Origin: the human T2T-CHM13v2.0 reference genome, Homo sapiens
Strand: one strand, 5' to 3'
NCBI RefSeq assembly: GCF_009914755.1
Contig: NC_060932.1
DNA length: 64,000 nt
The position numbers and the translations under genes are program-made. This document shows, in pieces, positions 40,331-55,319 of the stretch. Below the pieces are notes generated by a model. The model had not been told where the DNA came from. It saw only the letters and a list, made by a program, of their open reading frames with translations, and did not search any database. Positions within the stretch are counted from its first letter, which is position 1, and each line of letters begins with the position of its first letter.

Positions 40331-41501
40331 ACGATTTCCATCCAAAGGAATTTGCCCTTCCAAGTGGCGTCCTGGGAGGACAGACACTTATTCCAAGAAT
40401 GCTCGTGACTTCTTTTGAACCCTCTCTTTGAGATTAACTTCAGAGCTACTTTGAGTCAAACAAACCAATTTTATTTTTAAAAACTACAAAATCAGCACCA
40501 ACAGAATAGGTACCAGATGTGTGTCTTCCAAATCGTAAGAAAACAAAAATATAAGCCATATAACTAAAGCAATAGAGAATTATAAGAAACATTTAAAGTA
40601 GAAAAATTTTTCCAACTGGAAAACATATTAGAACTATGAAATGTGATGAACATGAATAGGTTAAACATCCCTAACAAAGACAAAGATTTTCAACATCCAA
40701 TTATATGCTGTTTACAAGACAGATCTAAAGTCAAGTGACTCAGCAATCAAAAACAAGAAGAGGAGCAAGATGTATCCAGAAAATGCAAATGAGAAGAAAA
40801 GATGAATGACAACATTTATATCAAACAATCCAGAATATGAATCAAAAGACCATTTAACAGGACAAAGAACATGTGAAAAACGTCAACCTCATTAATAAAA
40901 ATTTCATTTGTATGAAGAAGTCTTAATTTATCAAACAGGTATTTTAATTATAATACTTTTATCATAGATGTTACAGCCAAATAGGCATATCCATATCATC
41001 AACTCTTAAGAAGACAATAGGAAAATTACCAAGACACTGTGGATATACAAGATTGAATAAAATGCACCCATTTAAAAAAAAGTTTTGAAATACATTTAAT
41101 GATGTGGCAGTGTTATCATACAATACTAGGCAAAAGAGGAAAGGCACAAGATGTATATAGTAGGACCTCAATTTATCTTAAATATTCATATGAGATATTT
41201 TTAAAACTAGAAAAAGAAATACTCTGGTTAAATTAGGGAAGATCTTTAGTTATTTCTTTATGCTACTTGTTGCTATTTTTAAATAAGAGAAAGCCTCAAG
41301 TCCAAGATAAACGAAAACATGGCATTAGAAGACACAGCTTCCTCAAATTCAGGCATCCAGACACTCAGACCCAGACAAATACCATCCCAAGGTACTGATG
41401 AGGGGTCATAGAAAAAAAAATTGTAGAATCCTGACCCTCCTGTCACCTTCAGGCTCCAAAACCCCATGATTTTTATTTTCATCCAAGGACTGGCTAATAT
41501 T

Positions 41502-42455
41502 TGATATAGTTTAGACATTTGCGCCCCCAAATCTCATGTTGAAATGTAATCTGCAATGTTGGAGGTGGGGCCTCCTGGAAGGTGACTGGATCATGGGGGC
41601 AGATTTGCTATGAATGATTTAGGACCAATCCCATGGTACTGTCCTTGCAAGATCTGGTTGTTTAAAAGTGTGTGGTACCTCCCCCCTCATTCTCTCTCTC
41701 TCTCTCGCTTCTACTCTCACCATGTGATGTATCTGCTCCTGCCTCACCTTCCACCGTAAGTAAAAGCTCCCTGAGGCCTCCTCATATGCTGAGCAGAGGC
41801 CAGTGCCATCCACGTACAATCAGCAGAACTGTGAGCCAATTAAGCCAGCGGTCCCCAACCTTTTTGGCACCAAGGAATGGTTTCGTGGAAGACACTTTTC
41901 CCACGGGGGTGGGGCAGGGTTGGGGGAGATGATTTGGGGATGATTCAAACTCATTTCACGTACTGTGCACTTTATTTCTATTATTACCACATTGTAACAT
42001 ATAAGAAAATAATTACACAACTCACCATAATGTTGAATTATTGGGAGCCCTGAGCTTGTTTTCCTGTAACTAGACAGTCCCATCTGGGGTTGATGAGAGA
42101 CAATGACAGATCATCAGGCATTACAATCTCATAAGGAGCGCACAACCTAGATCCTTGACATGTGCAGTTCACAATAGGGTTAACACTTCTATGAGAATCT
42201 AATGTCGCCAATTATCTGACAGGAGGCAGAGCTTAAGCAGTGATGCAAGTGATGGGGAGCGGCTGTAAATACAAATGAAGTTTCGCTCACTCGCCTGCCG
42301 TTCACCTTCTATGGGGCCTGGTTCCTAGCAGGCCATGGATGAGTACGAGTCTGTGGCCCAGTGGTTGAGGACTCCTGAATTAAACCTCTTTTCTTTAAAA
42401 AGAAATACCTAGTCTCAGGTATTCCTTTACAGCAATGCAAGAACACCCTAACACA
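41502..42455 (+). mobile_element. MST-type MaLR solo LTR (MSTB-like), split by MER1
   Basis: tgatatagttt...aaatctcatgttgaaatgtaat...agtctcaggtattcctttacagcaatgcaa...taacaca; 5-bp TSD atatt/atgtt. Confidence 0.85.
41846..42377 (+). mobile_element. MER1A hAT-Charlie element with 8-bp TSD
   Basis: Termini cagcggtccccaacc / ggttgaggactcctg; length ~530 bp; TSD aattaagc/aattaaac. Confidence 0.88.
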
Positions 42456-42891
42456 ATGTTTAACCCGAATATAGACTGTGTTCATCTTTTCTTTATTCTA
42501 TGCTCTCCAAACATATATTACTTTCATAAGCAGAGTAAATTAATAAACACAAAACACAGTTCAATTACCCATTTTGTTCATAAATCTGTCCTACAGAGAT
42601 ATACATTTACCACTGCTAGAAAAAAGAATGTGCCAAGTGCCCCAGGATAATTCTGAACAAGAAGTTCCAAAAATATTTTAAGCGAAGGCAGACTCATGGG
42701 AGTAGCTTCCCAAAGTATTTTCATTGAATTACTTTGCATTCATTTTAATTTATATATTTTGACATGTTAGGATATCTTAAAATAAAATTGTGCTGATTTA
42801 TGTTAACATGTCATTTAATTAATACCTTGAAGGAAGAATAGATAGGCTTTTAAAAGAGGAACTTAATAAAAGTCATTATATTCCTATATGC

Positions 42892-43168
42892 TTTTTTATT
42901 TTTTAGAGACAGATTCTCTCTCCATCACCCAGGCTAGAGAGCAGTGGTGTGATCATAGTTCACTGCACCCTCAAACTCCTGGGCTCAAGCAATCCTCCCA
43001 CCTCAGCCCCCAAGCAGCTAGGATTACAGGCCCTTGCCACCACTTCCGGCTGATTTTTTTTTTTCCTGTAGAGATGGGGTTTCACTACATCGCCCAGGCT
43101 GGTCTCAAAGTCCTGGCCTCAAGTGGTCCTTCTGCCTCACCCCCCCGACAAAGCACTGTGATTACAGA
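42892..43168 (-). mobile_element. Alu (AluJ-like)
   Basis: Reverse dimer. Confidence 0.88.
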
Positions 43169-43366
43169 CAATATTACTGCAACTGGCTATGCCTGTACGC
43201 TTCAAATGAGATTTGTACTCATTGTTGCTGAGAAATAATCAGATTCCAGGTTGCTCAGGAAGATCTATGTCTCGGCAAAATATATACCCTGAAAATTATG
43301 ACACAGAGGACTATGTACTATGACTGTAGGGCTGGCATGCATAGACCTAAGAAAACCTTAGTAATT

Positions 43367-43700
43367 GGCAGGGCCCAGTGGCTCATACCTGTAATCCCAC
43401 AATTTTGGGAGGCTGAGGTGGGTGAATCACTTGAGGTCAGGAGTTCAAGACCAGCCTAGCCAACATGGTGAAGTCACAACTCTACTAAAATATAAAAATT
43501 AGCCAGGCTCAGTGGTGGCCACCTATAATCCCAGCTACTCAGAAGAGTGAGGCAGGAGAATTGTTTTAACCTGGAAGGGGAATGAGCCAAGATCATGCCA
43601 CTACACTGTAGCCTGGGTGACAGAGGAATACTCCATCAAAAAAAAAAAAAAAAAAAAAAAAGAAAGAAAGAAAGAAAGAAAGAGAAAAAAAAGAAAAGAA
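43367..43700 (+). mobile_element. Alu (AluS-like) with TSD aagaaaaccttagyaat
   Basis: Dimer with an A/GAAA tail and flanking direct repeat. Confidence 0.92.
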
Positions 43701-44049
43701 AACCTTAGCAATCATGGCACCCAGCTTCTCCCTGTCCTAGAAACCACAGTTCAGACGGGGGACATGACTCTCCCAAGGCCGGGGCTAGCACTTTCTCCAG
43801 GCACAGCTGCATCTCTAAGTGCCTTCTAAATTTCTCCTTCCTGCTGGATTTACATAATGTAATTATCACCATCATCCATTTTCTTCCACACTGAATTCTC
43901 TACCGCTGTAAGAGAAGAGAAATTTTAATGGGATGGAGGGCAGGTGATAAAACAGGCAAATCTCTCATGCCCCCTTCCTCCAGCATAAATGCACACGTGC
44001 CTCAGAACTGTCAGGCTCTATGATGGGGCTACAAACCCTGCCCTCTTAG

Positions 44050-44665
44050 AGAAGTCACAGATTATTTCCCCTGCCATAAATCAGAAGGCAGTGGGCTATG
44101 AGAAAGCGTGTACAGGGCACTACAGAGGAGCAAAGGGAAGGAGCATCTAATCACATTAGACTACTCAGACTCAAATCTGAGTCAGGAAGGGCAGGTAGGA
44201 GTGCAGGTGAGGTAAGAAATGGGAGACAGGAAAAGAGCATTCTAGACAGGGTCGGGGGGGGTGGGCCTTGAAAAAAAGCACAGACATGAGAAAGCATGGC
44301 AGAGTTTGGAACCTGTGAGGAATACAATATGGCTGGAATTTGAGATGCCTACAGGAGTGTGGAAGGGAGCGAGTCTATAGAGGAGGCTGGGAACCTCTGC
44401 GAAGGGATGGAGCCATGTCCTAAGTGCAATGGAGTCGCAAAGACCTTATTTGTGACATAGTTTTAAATGCTCATTCTGAGTCCATGATGTGGCTGGGCTG
44501 GAGAGGTGAAGACTGGAGGTGTGGAAACAAGCAGAAGGTTCCAGCAGTTACCCAACTGAGAAGGACTGGTGCCAGACTAGGGGCAGGTTCAAGAGACATT
44601 CTAGGCATAGAGTCAGGGCTCAGTGATTGTTGTCACATAGGGTAAGGAAGACGAAGGAGTGTTTC
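44050..44665 (-). mobile_element. L2 fragment
   Basis: Degenerate L2 3' motifs (gagcattctagacagg; atggctgga; gggctcagtgattg); approximate. Confidence 0.55.
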
Positions 44666-45034
44666 CAAAATTTAACTTTCTTCTTGTTCAAAACACAGTT
44701 TTGAACTGTTGAACACATTCGTGTCACAATAACAAAACAGTCCTGTCCTCAGACTTTGAGTTCCAAATACTGAATAAACATTGATAACAAAAAGGGAGGC
44801 AGAGGCCAGGGAAGTTACTTGAGAGATTAGAGAGTAACATCAGACTTGTTGACAAGAGGCAGTATAATGCAGTGGTCATGGTGCCAGATTAACTCGGGCT
44901 CAAATCCCAGCCTGGTCACTTGAGACGCTGGGCAAATTATCCTTCTAAATTCTAGTTCTCTAATTTCTAAAAGGAGGAGAATAATGGGACCTACCCGAAG
45001 AGATTAACCAGGAAACTTCTATAAGAAGAAAGCA

Positions 45035-45362
<328 letters not shown>

Positions 45363-45432
45363 CTACAACGAGTACTCATTAAAACACTATCATCATTCAG
45401 TACAGAGGATTTCCAAGGGCTGGAAAAGAATC

Positions 45433-45735
45433 TTTTTTTTTTTTTCTTGAGAAAGGGTCTTGCTCTGTTGCCCAGGCTGGCTGGAGTACAGTGGCACGAT
45501 CATAGGTCACTGCTGTCTCCACCTCCCATGCTCAAGCGATCCTCCCACCTCAGCCACCTGAGGAGCTGGGACTACAGCATCCACCACCAGGCCTGGCTAA
45601 TTTATGTTTTTGTATTGTTGAGATGGGGGTCTCACTACGTTGCCCAGGTAGGTCTTCAACTCCTGGCTTAAACAATCCTCCCACCTTGGCCTCCCAAAGC
45701 ACTGGGATTACAGGCATGAGCCACCATGCCCAACC
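45433..45735 (-). mobile_element. Alu (AluJ-like), inverted relative to 45035-45341
   Basis: Reverse dimer. Confidence 0.9.
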
Positions 45736-46234
45736 CCTTTTTTAAATTTTAAAAAATTAGCTTTTATTTTTAAGATATCCTCAGTTAAGGGTAGTGGGTG
45801 AGAAAGAATATTAACACTCTGGTATGTAGCCACGGACTGAAAGTTACCAGATGCTCCTTCTCAAGTCCAACCAGGAGCATCAGAGGGAACATGGATCCCT
45901 TAAGTGGGGGCTGTGAGATACTCTCACACCCCAAATCTGCTAGAAGAACAGTGGGAATCATCTATTTTGCATTCTGAAAAAATAGAAACTTAACACCGTA
46001 AAAATGTTGTGAGAAGTTAGAGGTCTTGGTCATTTTTACGAAAATGAAAAATGAACAACTAGTCTGAGTTCTTTATCAGGAAAACCATAATAAAGAAATG
46101 AATGCTAGAAGTGATAAAGAAGTAACTACTGTATTTAAGTTAGTGACGTCTGTTTAATTTTCATTCTAGGATTCTTAAGAAAGTCAGTTGACACAATGAT
46201 AAAACTTTTGCCTGCATTTTTGAAGGAGTGAGGT

Positions 46235-47140
46235 CAGAGGTGTGCTGGCAAATGTTTAACAGCCAGATTGATGAGGGGAAAAAAAACCCTGCAAATCTTG
46301 AATTTTGTACACAAGTTTATTATAAATTTTACTGAGCTAGGCATGTGTCACACATCCTAAATTTCATATAACCAATTGATTTGTTAATTTTTATACAATT
46401 ATTGTATCTATAGAAAACCTATGTTTGCATATGAACAAGTGTACTTCCAACATGAATACTTGTTGATATTTTCTTCTAATAATATATTATTAGAAATAAT
46501 GTCCAGGCACAGTGGCTGTTATGTGTAATCCAAGCACTTTGGGAGGCCAAGGCAGGAGGATTGAGGCCAGGAGTTCAAGACCAGCCTGGGCAACGTGGCA
46601 AGACCCAGTCTCTACAAAAAATATTTTTTTACATTAGCCAGGTGTGGTGGCAAGCACCTGCAGTCCCAGCTACTCAGGAGGGTGAGACAGGAGGATCTCC
46701 TAAGACCATGAGGTTGAGGCTGCAGTGAGCCATGATCACACCACAGCACCCCAGCCTGGGCAACAGAACAAGACGCTGTCTCTAAAAAATAAAAATAAAA
46801 GAGTAAAACAACACATCATTCACTCATCAATGGCAAGAGTGATTCCTTTGCTAAGTCAGATAATTGTTTCTGATATGAGAATATTTTCCACAATTTTTTG
46901 TGCTATTCACAATGTAATGCTACAGACAACAGATACTATTAAGTTTAATCTTCAATTTTCTTCATCATTTTTCTTAAGCCTACACAACAAACAATAACTC
47001 AAGTCCTGGTATGTAGTCGATACTTCCATAAAGTAAATAGTCCATTGTGGCCAATTTCAAGCTACAAAATGGCCACTGGTTAACAGAATTTGGAAGAAAA
47101 GCACAGTGGAACACGGTTATGTAATATTTTTATAATACAG
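46235..47140 (+). mobile_element. MER63-like hAT element, interrupted by an Alu
   Basis: Terminus cagaggtgtgctggcaaatgtttaacagcc; boundaries approximate. Confidence 0.55.
46501..46800 (+). mobile_element. Alu (AluJ-like)
   Basis: Dimer. Confidence 0.9.
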
Positions 47141-47569
47141 GTATAATGCACTCCATTGTTTCACATTTACAAAACTTCTCAATGTCTTCCTCCAGGTCAT
47201 CATTAAAATTTGTCCCTATTTGTTGAACTTGACTAAACACGGTGGTTGTTTTATTGTTTAGGGATCCTAAATATATCCATGTTTGAAGGTTGAGATGTAA
47301 TTCCAAGCACTATCTTTATTAAACTTGGCTACAATTCTGTGGAATGACTTCACTCAATAGTGTACTTGACCCAGATCTTATTGGTTCATGAGAGACAACT
47401 ATTAAATTTTCAGGAATTTTACAAGCCAGTTGTTAAATGTAACCATTGTTTAAAAGAAATCGTATGAACTTATAATTAAATTATATTTCAAAACAAGGAT
47501 TAAATATTCAAGATTCATCACTTCCCATTCCTATTACTACATTTTACTGTTACCTAGAAGTTATTCAGG

Positions 47570-48745
47570 ATAGTAGCATATAAATTTGAAAGGGGTATAA
47601 ATGGAGTTAAAAGTATTTTAAAGCCCTTGCATTGTCCAGGAAGTGGTAAAAGTACTACTTTAAATTAGCCTTTAGTAAGTCAAAGATAAATACACACTCT
47701 CTAATGTAACCACTACAAGAATGTAAAATAATGTGTAATTAATAAGCTAATAAAGAGGGGGGAAATAAAAAAGTAATACTTAACTGAAAATAAGGCAAGA
47801 AAGGAGAAAAAAAGAAACAAGAAATGGGTGAGAAAAATAGAAATTAAGTAGTAAGATGGTAGATTGAAAGCTAAATCTGTAATTCTATTAAAGGCCAATA
47901 GATACCCCAATTACAAGACAAAGATTGACACAGTAGATAAAATAAAATTGAAGTATGCTGCTTAGATGACGGGTTGATAGGTACTGCAAACCACCCTGGC
48001 ACATGTATACGTAGGTAACAAACCTGCACATTCCACACATGTATCCCAGAACTTAAAGTAAAGTAAATAAAAAAGAGGCATACCTTCAACATAAGGATAT
48101 AGAATATTTGACAGTAAAGGGTTAAAAAACATATGCAAATACTAACCAAACAGAAACTGGGAAAGCTTAATCAAACTAGACTTTAAGGTAAGAACCACTG
48201 TCATCAGATTGATATAGCAATTCTAAAGCTGTATGCATATAATAACATGTCCTTGAGACAAAGAAAAAAGTGGATGAATTAAAGGGAGAAGTAATAATAA
48301 TCCTTAATCATAGATATTTTAATATACCTTTCTCTGGGGTTCACAGAGGAAACAGGAAAAACAATCTGTGAAGATATTTTGAACAAAAATGTTTCTATAC
48401 TTTTGCTTTTAACCTCTCTATAACCTGAATTTGAGAAGTCAATCTCATAAACAGCATAAAATATCCTGTCACATTTTTTAAGAATTGAACAATACTATTA
48501 ACACTCTTCAATACTATATCCACCAACTGTAGAATGTGAATTATTTTCAAGAGTAAATAGAATGTTTACAACAATTAACTACATGCTGGGCCAGAAAGCA
48601 GTACTTAACAAATCTCTAAGAATTGAAATTACACAGAGTAGGTTCACAGACCTCAGTAAAATTGAGCCAGAATAACAGAAAGATGACTGGAAAATCCCCA
48701 GGTGTTTGGATATTAACCAATAAACTTTTAAAGAATTCATGAATC
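47570..48745 (+). mobile_element. Old L1M internal fragment (ORF1-ORF2 region)
   Basis: Degenerate endonuclease-region motifs (catgctgggccagaaagc...aaatctctaagaattgaaatt). Confidence 0.65.
47963..48073 (+). mobile_element. L1PA 3'-terminal fragment inserted in the older L1
   Basis: gatgacgggttgatagg..gcaaaccacc.tggcacatgtatac..gtaacaaacctgcac...cagaacttaaagt. Confidence 0.88.
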
Positions 48746-49489
48746 AGAAACTACTTAGGACCTATTGATAATAAATCCTTTCGGAGGGGAAATCTCTAAG
48801 CCAGAATGGGCTTTTCATCTATTCACTGAAAGTGGGGAAATAATGGTCCCTCTTAATGATCTAATGACCTAAGATGATTTCTCTCTTGTATTAATGAATC
48901 ATGTACTTAAGCCTGTGCCTATGAAGGAGGCTCATCTTACAAGGTCTAGGAGATCACTGGAGGCAAATGGCGAAATATTTTAGATCCGGTCCCCGGGCAG
49001 CTACTCCATGGAACACAAGAATCTTCTATTTTATAATGAGCAGTGGCATAGTAAATTACGTGCTAAACCCTTTGTCTTTTCTTCTAGTGCCCAGCACCAT
49101 TCTCCTAGTGGTAGAATGCCCACCATCGGTCCCTAGACTATTTGGACCACCTCTTCAACAGTGTAGCCCCTCTGAGATTATCTACCATCTACTACCTCTG
49201 GTTCCTGATAGCCCTTATTGTCAAGGGATTATTATCTTGACTTTCACCTGGCTAAGAGACCTGCCTCTGATGTTTGAGATTATATACATAAAACCCACAA
49301 AAATATTCTGGATTTAAAAAATTTTGTATTCTCCACCAGTGAAGATCTCATCATGCTTTTATCTCCTACTGAACTGCTTACATGTCTTTATGTACTTCCT
49401 GTAGCTAGTATAAACCATAAAGCATTTAGAACATAGAACAAAGATAATATTCAAAAGATAATTTTAAGTGTTTAAAAATAGCCAACACA

Positions 49490-50215
<726 letters not shown>

Positions 50216-51024
50216 ATCACGCTGTTTCTTCCTCCAATAGGCATTAAACTGCAGTCTATTAAGGAGGAAGAAAAGAAAGGAAGTAGCATTCACTGATTTG
50301 GGGTACCAAGTTTAATGCTACAAACTTCATACATGCTGTGTTTAAACAGTAAGAAAACGTAAAACAAATGTCATTCTCCTCATTTTATACATGAAGAAAC
50401 TGAAGCATAGAGCTATTATATAAGTAAATTAAAAAGTCAGGAGTTGACTCCAGGTCTATCTGACTCCAAGGCCTGTGTTTCTCTTTTATCATCCCAGGTT
50501 TCTCAAAAGGTGGCCCACAGCTCACTTCTATCACAGTAATTTGAGGTGCCTGAGCCTCACACCTTGCTTACTGAATTAGAATATCCAGGGCTGGAGTATA
50601 GGAATCTGCAGTTTTAACAAGTTCCCAAGCTGACTCTATACTATAGCGGATCATGCTGTCTCTGCAACACAACAGTGAAATTCTAAACAATCTCTTTAAA
50701 CAAACTAGAAAATGTACGAAAAAGAAGTAAGATTCAGTAGGCTTAAGAGGGGGGGCCTTAAGGCAAGTGGAAAATCCTACAGAACAAGGAGTTTGAGGCT
50801 GGGGAATTCATCCTAAGCCAGTTAGTTTCCTGGGTAATCTTGGGCAAGTCACCTAACTTCACTCAATCTGTCCCCAAAAAAAGTCTACATTTTCTCCATA
50901 GTAAAATGTTGCAATCAGGCTAAATAATCTCTAAAGCCTTTTCAAAAGTTATTTGCAAAGATTTAAAGAGCTTTAAACTGAGACAATAAAACACATACAG
51001 GATGAAGAAAGTATTAACATTTAA

Positions 51025-53050
51025 ATTAACAGATAATCCTAGCAAGATTTTTTGTAGATATACACAGGCTTCTTCTAAAATTTATATGGAAAGGAAACAG
51101 AACTAAAAAGTTAAAACAATTTTGAAAAAGAAGAATAAAGTCAGAGGAATCACAATACCCAGTTTTAAGACTTACTGTGTAACTATAGTAATCAACACAG
51201 CATGGTATTTGCAGAGAAAAAGGTCCATAGATCAATGGAACAGATTACAGAACCCAGAAATAGCTTTACGTAAGAATGGCCAGCACATTTATTTTTTAAC
51301 AAAGATTTAAAAAGCAACTGAATGGAGGAAGGAGACTGTTTTCAAGAAATGGTGTCGGAACAACTGGCTATCCTGAGGCCCAAAGGGGAAGGAAAAAAAA
51401 AATTTACAATCTAAACCACACCTTTAACAAAAATTAGATCAAAATGGATCCTAGATCTCAATGTAAAATGGTAAATGTAAAAATATAAAACCTTTAGAAA
51501 AAACATAGAAAATCCTTGTAACTTAGGGTTAGGCAAAGAAATCTTAGGCATGACACTGAAAGCATGATCAGTAACATAAAAATTTCAATTCATTATAAAT
51601 TTGTTTTCCACAAAGTATCTTGGGAATAGGATGAAAAGATAATCAACAGAAAGTGAGAACATGTCTGCAAAATACATGTCTGACTAAGGACTTGCTTTCA
51701 GTATATTTAAATAACTTGCTAAACTAAATAGTAAACAATCTAAGTTTTTTAGTGTGCAAAAGACTTGAACAGACAGACCTTCACCAAAGAGAATATGGGT
51801 GGTGAGTAAGTACATCCTTAGCCAGAGGAAAACACAAATTAAAACCTCAATGAGATACCACTACACACCTATTAGAATGGCAAGAATAAAAAATAGTGAT
51901 AATACTAAATTTTGGCAAGCATGTAGAGGAACTGGGTCCCTCACACATTGCTGGTGGGAATGTGAAATGTACAACCACTAACGGAAACAATTTGACAGTT
52001 TTTTAAAAAGTTAAACTTACAGCTAGCATATGACTCAGCAGTCATACCCTTGGGTATTTATCCTCAAGAAATGAAAACATTCTCACATAAAATGTACATC
52101 AGTTTTCGCAGCAGCTTTATTTGTAATAGCCAAGAAACTGACACCAACCCAAATGTCTTTCAGAGAGTAAACAAACTACCATCCATCCATTTAATGGCAT
52201 ATATACTAATTGGCAACAAAAAGCAATCAACCACTAATACACAAACCAGATGGATGGATCTCAAGATTATAGAGAGTGAAAAAGATCAATCTCCAAAGTT
52301 AAGATTCCACTTATGTGGCATTCTCAAAAACTGACGGAGCATGGATGGATCCACGGCTGCTGGAAGGGGAGCGAGTTAGGGATGAAAAGAGGGCGTAACT
52401 ATAAAAAGATTGCACAAGGAAGTTAGTTCCTGGAAATGGAACAACTTGGTATCCCTACTCTGGCAGTAGTTACACACATCTAGAGAGGTAATAACATTTC
52501 ATAAAACTATACACACACACAAACACAAAAAAGCAAGCATAAGGCCAGGCATGGTGATTCACACCTGTAATCCCAGAACTTAAGAGAGGCTGAAGCAGAA
52601 GGATCACTTGAGGCCAGGAGTTCAAGGCCAGCCTGGGCAACAAAGCGAGACCTGTCTCGAAAAACGTAATAAAAAAATTAGCCAGGTATGGTGGCATGCA
52701 CCTATAGTCCCAGCTACGTTGGAGGCTCAGGTGGGAGGATCACTTGAGCCTAGGAGTTCGAGGCTGCAGTGAGCTATGGTTACACCACTGCACTGCAGCA
52801 CCTGGGTGACAGAGCAAGACCTCCTACCTTTAAAAAAATAAAGCAGGATGAAAAAACTAGTGAAATCTGAATACAGTCAGTAGTTCAGTTAATAGTGTTG
52901 AAACAATATCCATGTCTTGGTCTTGATAAAGTACTATAACTATGAAAGATGTTATCACTGGAGAAAGCTGGGAGAAGGAACCTGGGAACTCTCTGTACTA
53001 TTTTTTTCAACTTCTTGCGAGTCTAAAATGATTTCAAAATAAGATAAAAA
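51025..53050 (+). mobile_element. L1MC-like element (ORF2 C-terminus and 3'UTR), interrupted by an Alu
   Basis: Degenerate ORF2 peptides (IDQWNRLQNPEI; MRYHYTPIRMA) and an L1MC 3' end (ggaactctctgtactatttt..caactt). Confidence 0.85.
52543..52842 (+). mobile_element. Alu (AluJ-like)
   Basis: Dimer. Confidence 0.9.
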
Positions 53051-53147
53051 GGAGCTAGTATTTGTTGAGCACTGTGTGCTGACATTGCTCTGAGAACTTT
53101 ACATACATCAATACATTAAGTCCTTACATCTTTGCAGTAGATACTGT

Positions 53148-53510
53148 TGTATTAGTCAGTTCTCACACTGCTATAAAGATACTACCCAAGACTGGGTGAT
53201 TTACAAAGGAAAGAGGTTAATAGACTCACAGTTCCACATGGCTGGGGAGGCCTCAGGAAACTTGTAATCATGGCGCAAGGCCAAGGAGAAGTAAGGTACA
53301 TCTTACATGGTGGCAGGAGCGAGAAGGCTCAAGGGAAACTGCCACTTTTAAGACCATCAGCTCTCATGAGGACTCCCTCACTATTATGAGAATAGCATGA
53401 GGGAAACTGCCCACATGATCCAGTGACCTCCCACCAGGTCCCTCCCTTGATACATGGGGATTACAATTTGAGATGAGATTTGGGTGGGGACACAGAGCCA
53501 AACCGTATCA
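53148..53510 (-). mobile_element. THE1D/MSTA-type MaLR solo LTR inserted in a MIR
   Basis: tgtattagtcagttctcacactgcta...gagatttgggtggggacacagagccaaaccgtatca; TSD actgt/acagt; MIR halves at ~53060-53147 and 53511-53650. Confidence 0.88.
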
Positions 53511-53655
53511 ACAGTGTTCACTGCATTTTACAGATCGGGAAACTAAGCTTCAGAAAATTTAAGTGAATTGAGCAAGGACGCTGTTGCTAAGTAATAGAGG
53601 TAGGATTCAAACCCAAGGAGTCCAATTCCAGAGCTTTCAGTCTTAATCAATAGGC

Positions 53656-53779
53656 TTTTTTTTTTTGTTTTTTGGGTCTCGCCATGCTGCCCAGGCTAGT
53701 CCTGAACTCCTGGCTCAAGCAATCTCTTCGCTTCAGTCTCCCAAAGTGCTGGGATTACATGCATGACCACTGTACCGAA
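53656..53779 (-). mobile_element. FLAM-type Alu monomer
   Basis: Single reverse monomer. Confidence 0.8.
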
Positions 53780-55193
53780 TTCCAATAAGCAATATTTTTT
53801 AAGGACAAAAAAAGAAAAGCAGGACAAACAGAAGGTCAGGATAGGAGTCAACAATATGGGGGGAGGAAAAGAAAAAGAACACAAAAAGACAAAGTAAACC
53901 AAACACAGCATGCAAAGGCCTGGGAAGTGATCTTTCTGGCACCCTCTGTGTCAGTCAGTCCCATAGGAAAGACTGTATTCCATTTTGGTCCACTTATTTC
54001 TAAGAGACCAAGGAGAAACTGGAGAGAGGGAAGGCACATTCTCAAAGGAATATTAAACAGCTCTTATTCTAATAGGTCCAAGTAATTGGAGTTATTCAAT
54101 CTACGGGAAATCAAGAGAGTAGTTTAATTGCCACCTTCTGTAAAGACTTTTGAGAGCATGCCCAGAGGATACAGGACAAATGAAAGAGACTTAAATCGAA
54201 AAAAACCGTTTAGTTTGACATTAAAAAACGTTTTCCTGGTCATCTGAGTTAGGACAAAAGTAGGACAGATTAGACTTTCTTCTGAGACATTCAAGAAGGA
54301 AAAAACAAAACTGGCAGTTCATTGTACTCAAAATGAAACCTGTTCAGAAGCTGTAACTGGTGCTATGCCAGGACCCATATAAGACATTTGTTATGTGTTG
54401 TCTGTTTGAATCCTCGTAGGTAACTATGAAGCAGGTATAGCTGTTCCCATTTCATAGATATGGAAACTAAGCTTCAGAGAGGCTCAACTCCTGCCTAAAG
54501 GCACTCAGCTGCCTGGTATTGGAGATGTGAAATGCAAACCGAGGCATATCTGCCTTTACAACTCAGATTATTTCCATTATGTTATATACATTGTTAAACT
54601 TGGAGATTTGTGGACTTTGACACCAGCCCCCTACTCCAGCCCTAATGGCATAAAACTGCATCAAATAATTAATTATGGTTGTTTTCCAGCTGTAAAAGTA
54701 CCTATGCCTCAAAATGCTACTAACCTGATTTGACATCAGCTCCAAATCCACTCATCTCAATCAAGCCCTTCTTTCAGGAGCTCCATTTTGTCCAGTAAGG
54801 AAACCTATGCTTCTAATGTATCATTCTCTCAAAAGCATCCCTGTGGGGTATGCAAATTGAATTAGAAAAAATGACAGAGAAGGAGTAAGCACGTGAGTCT
54901 CATTTTAAAGATGAGAAATTCTGAGACGCCCAGTAGGCCAGGCATAGAATCAAAGTTGTGTGTAAGTCAACAAGAGACTCAGGGATCAGGGGAGTCCGAC
55001 ATCCTAAAGATCTCAACATAGAATGAGTGTAGCCCCATGGATGCTATGGCAGAGCAACGTGGAAAAACTGGGCAGGCCTCTACCCATCCAGGCCAACACG
55101 GGCCGAATGAAGACTTTCCAGCTTTGACTGTGCACAGTTGTGGGTAGCCACAGTTAGGTTGCCAGAGAAGATTAGCCATCCAAGTTCCCACGT

Positions 55194-55196
<3 letters not shown>

Positions 55197-55252
<56 letters not shown>

Positions 55253-55257
55253 TGTGT
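55197..55257. repeat. (TG)n microsatellite, ~30 units with one TA interruption
   Basis: Direct reading. Confidence 0.95.
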
Positions 55258-55319
55258 TCTAGTAAAATTTTATTTGTAAAGACTGAAACTTGAGTTTCAT
55301 ATAATTTCTTGCTAATTTA

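Noticed and set aside
48967-49317. 116-aa plus-strand ORF in unassigned sequence
   Set aside because: No recognisable homology, splice context or promoter; possibly a decayed retroviral internal fragment that I cannot assign.
51122-51981. L1 ORF2-like peptides
   Set aside because: Frameshifted, stop-ridden fossil L1; not an active element or a gene.
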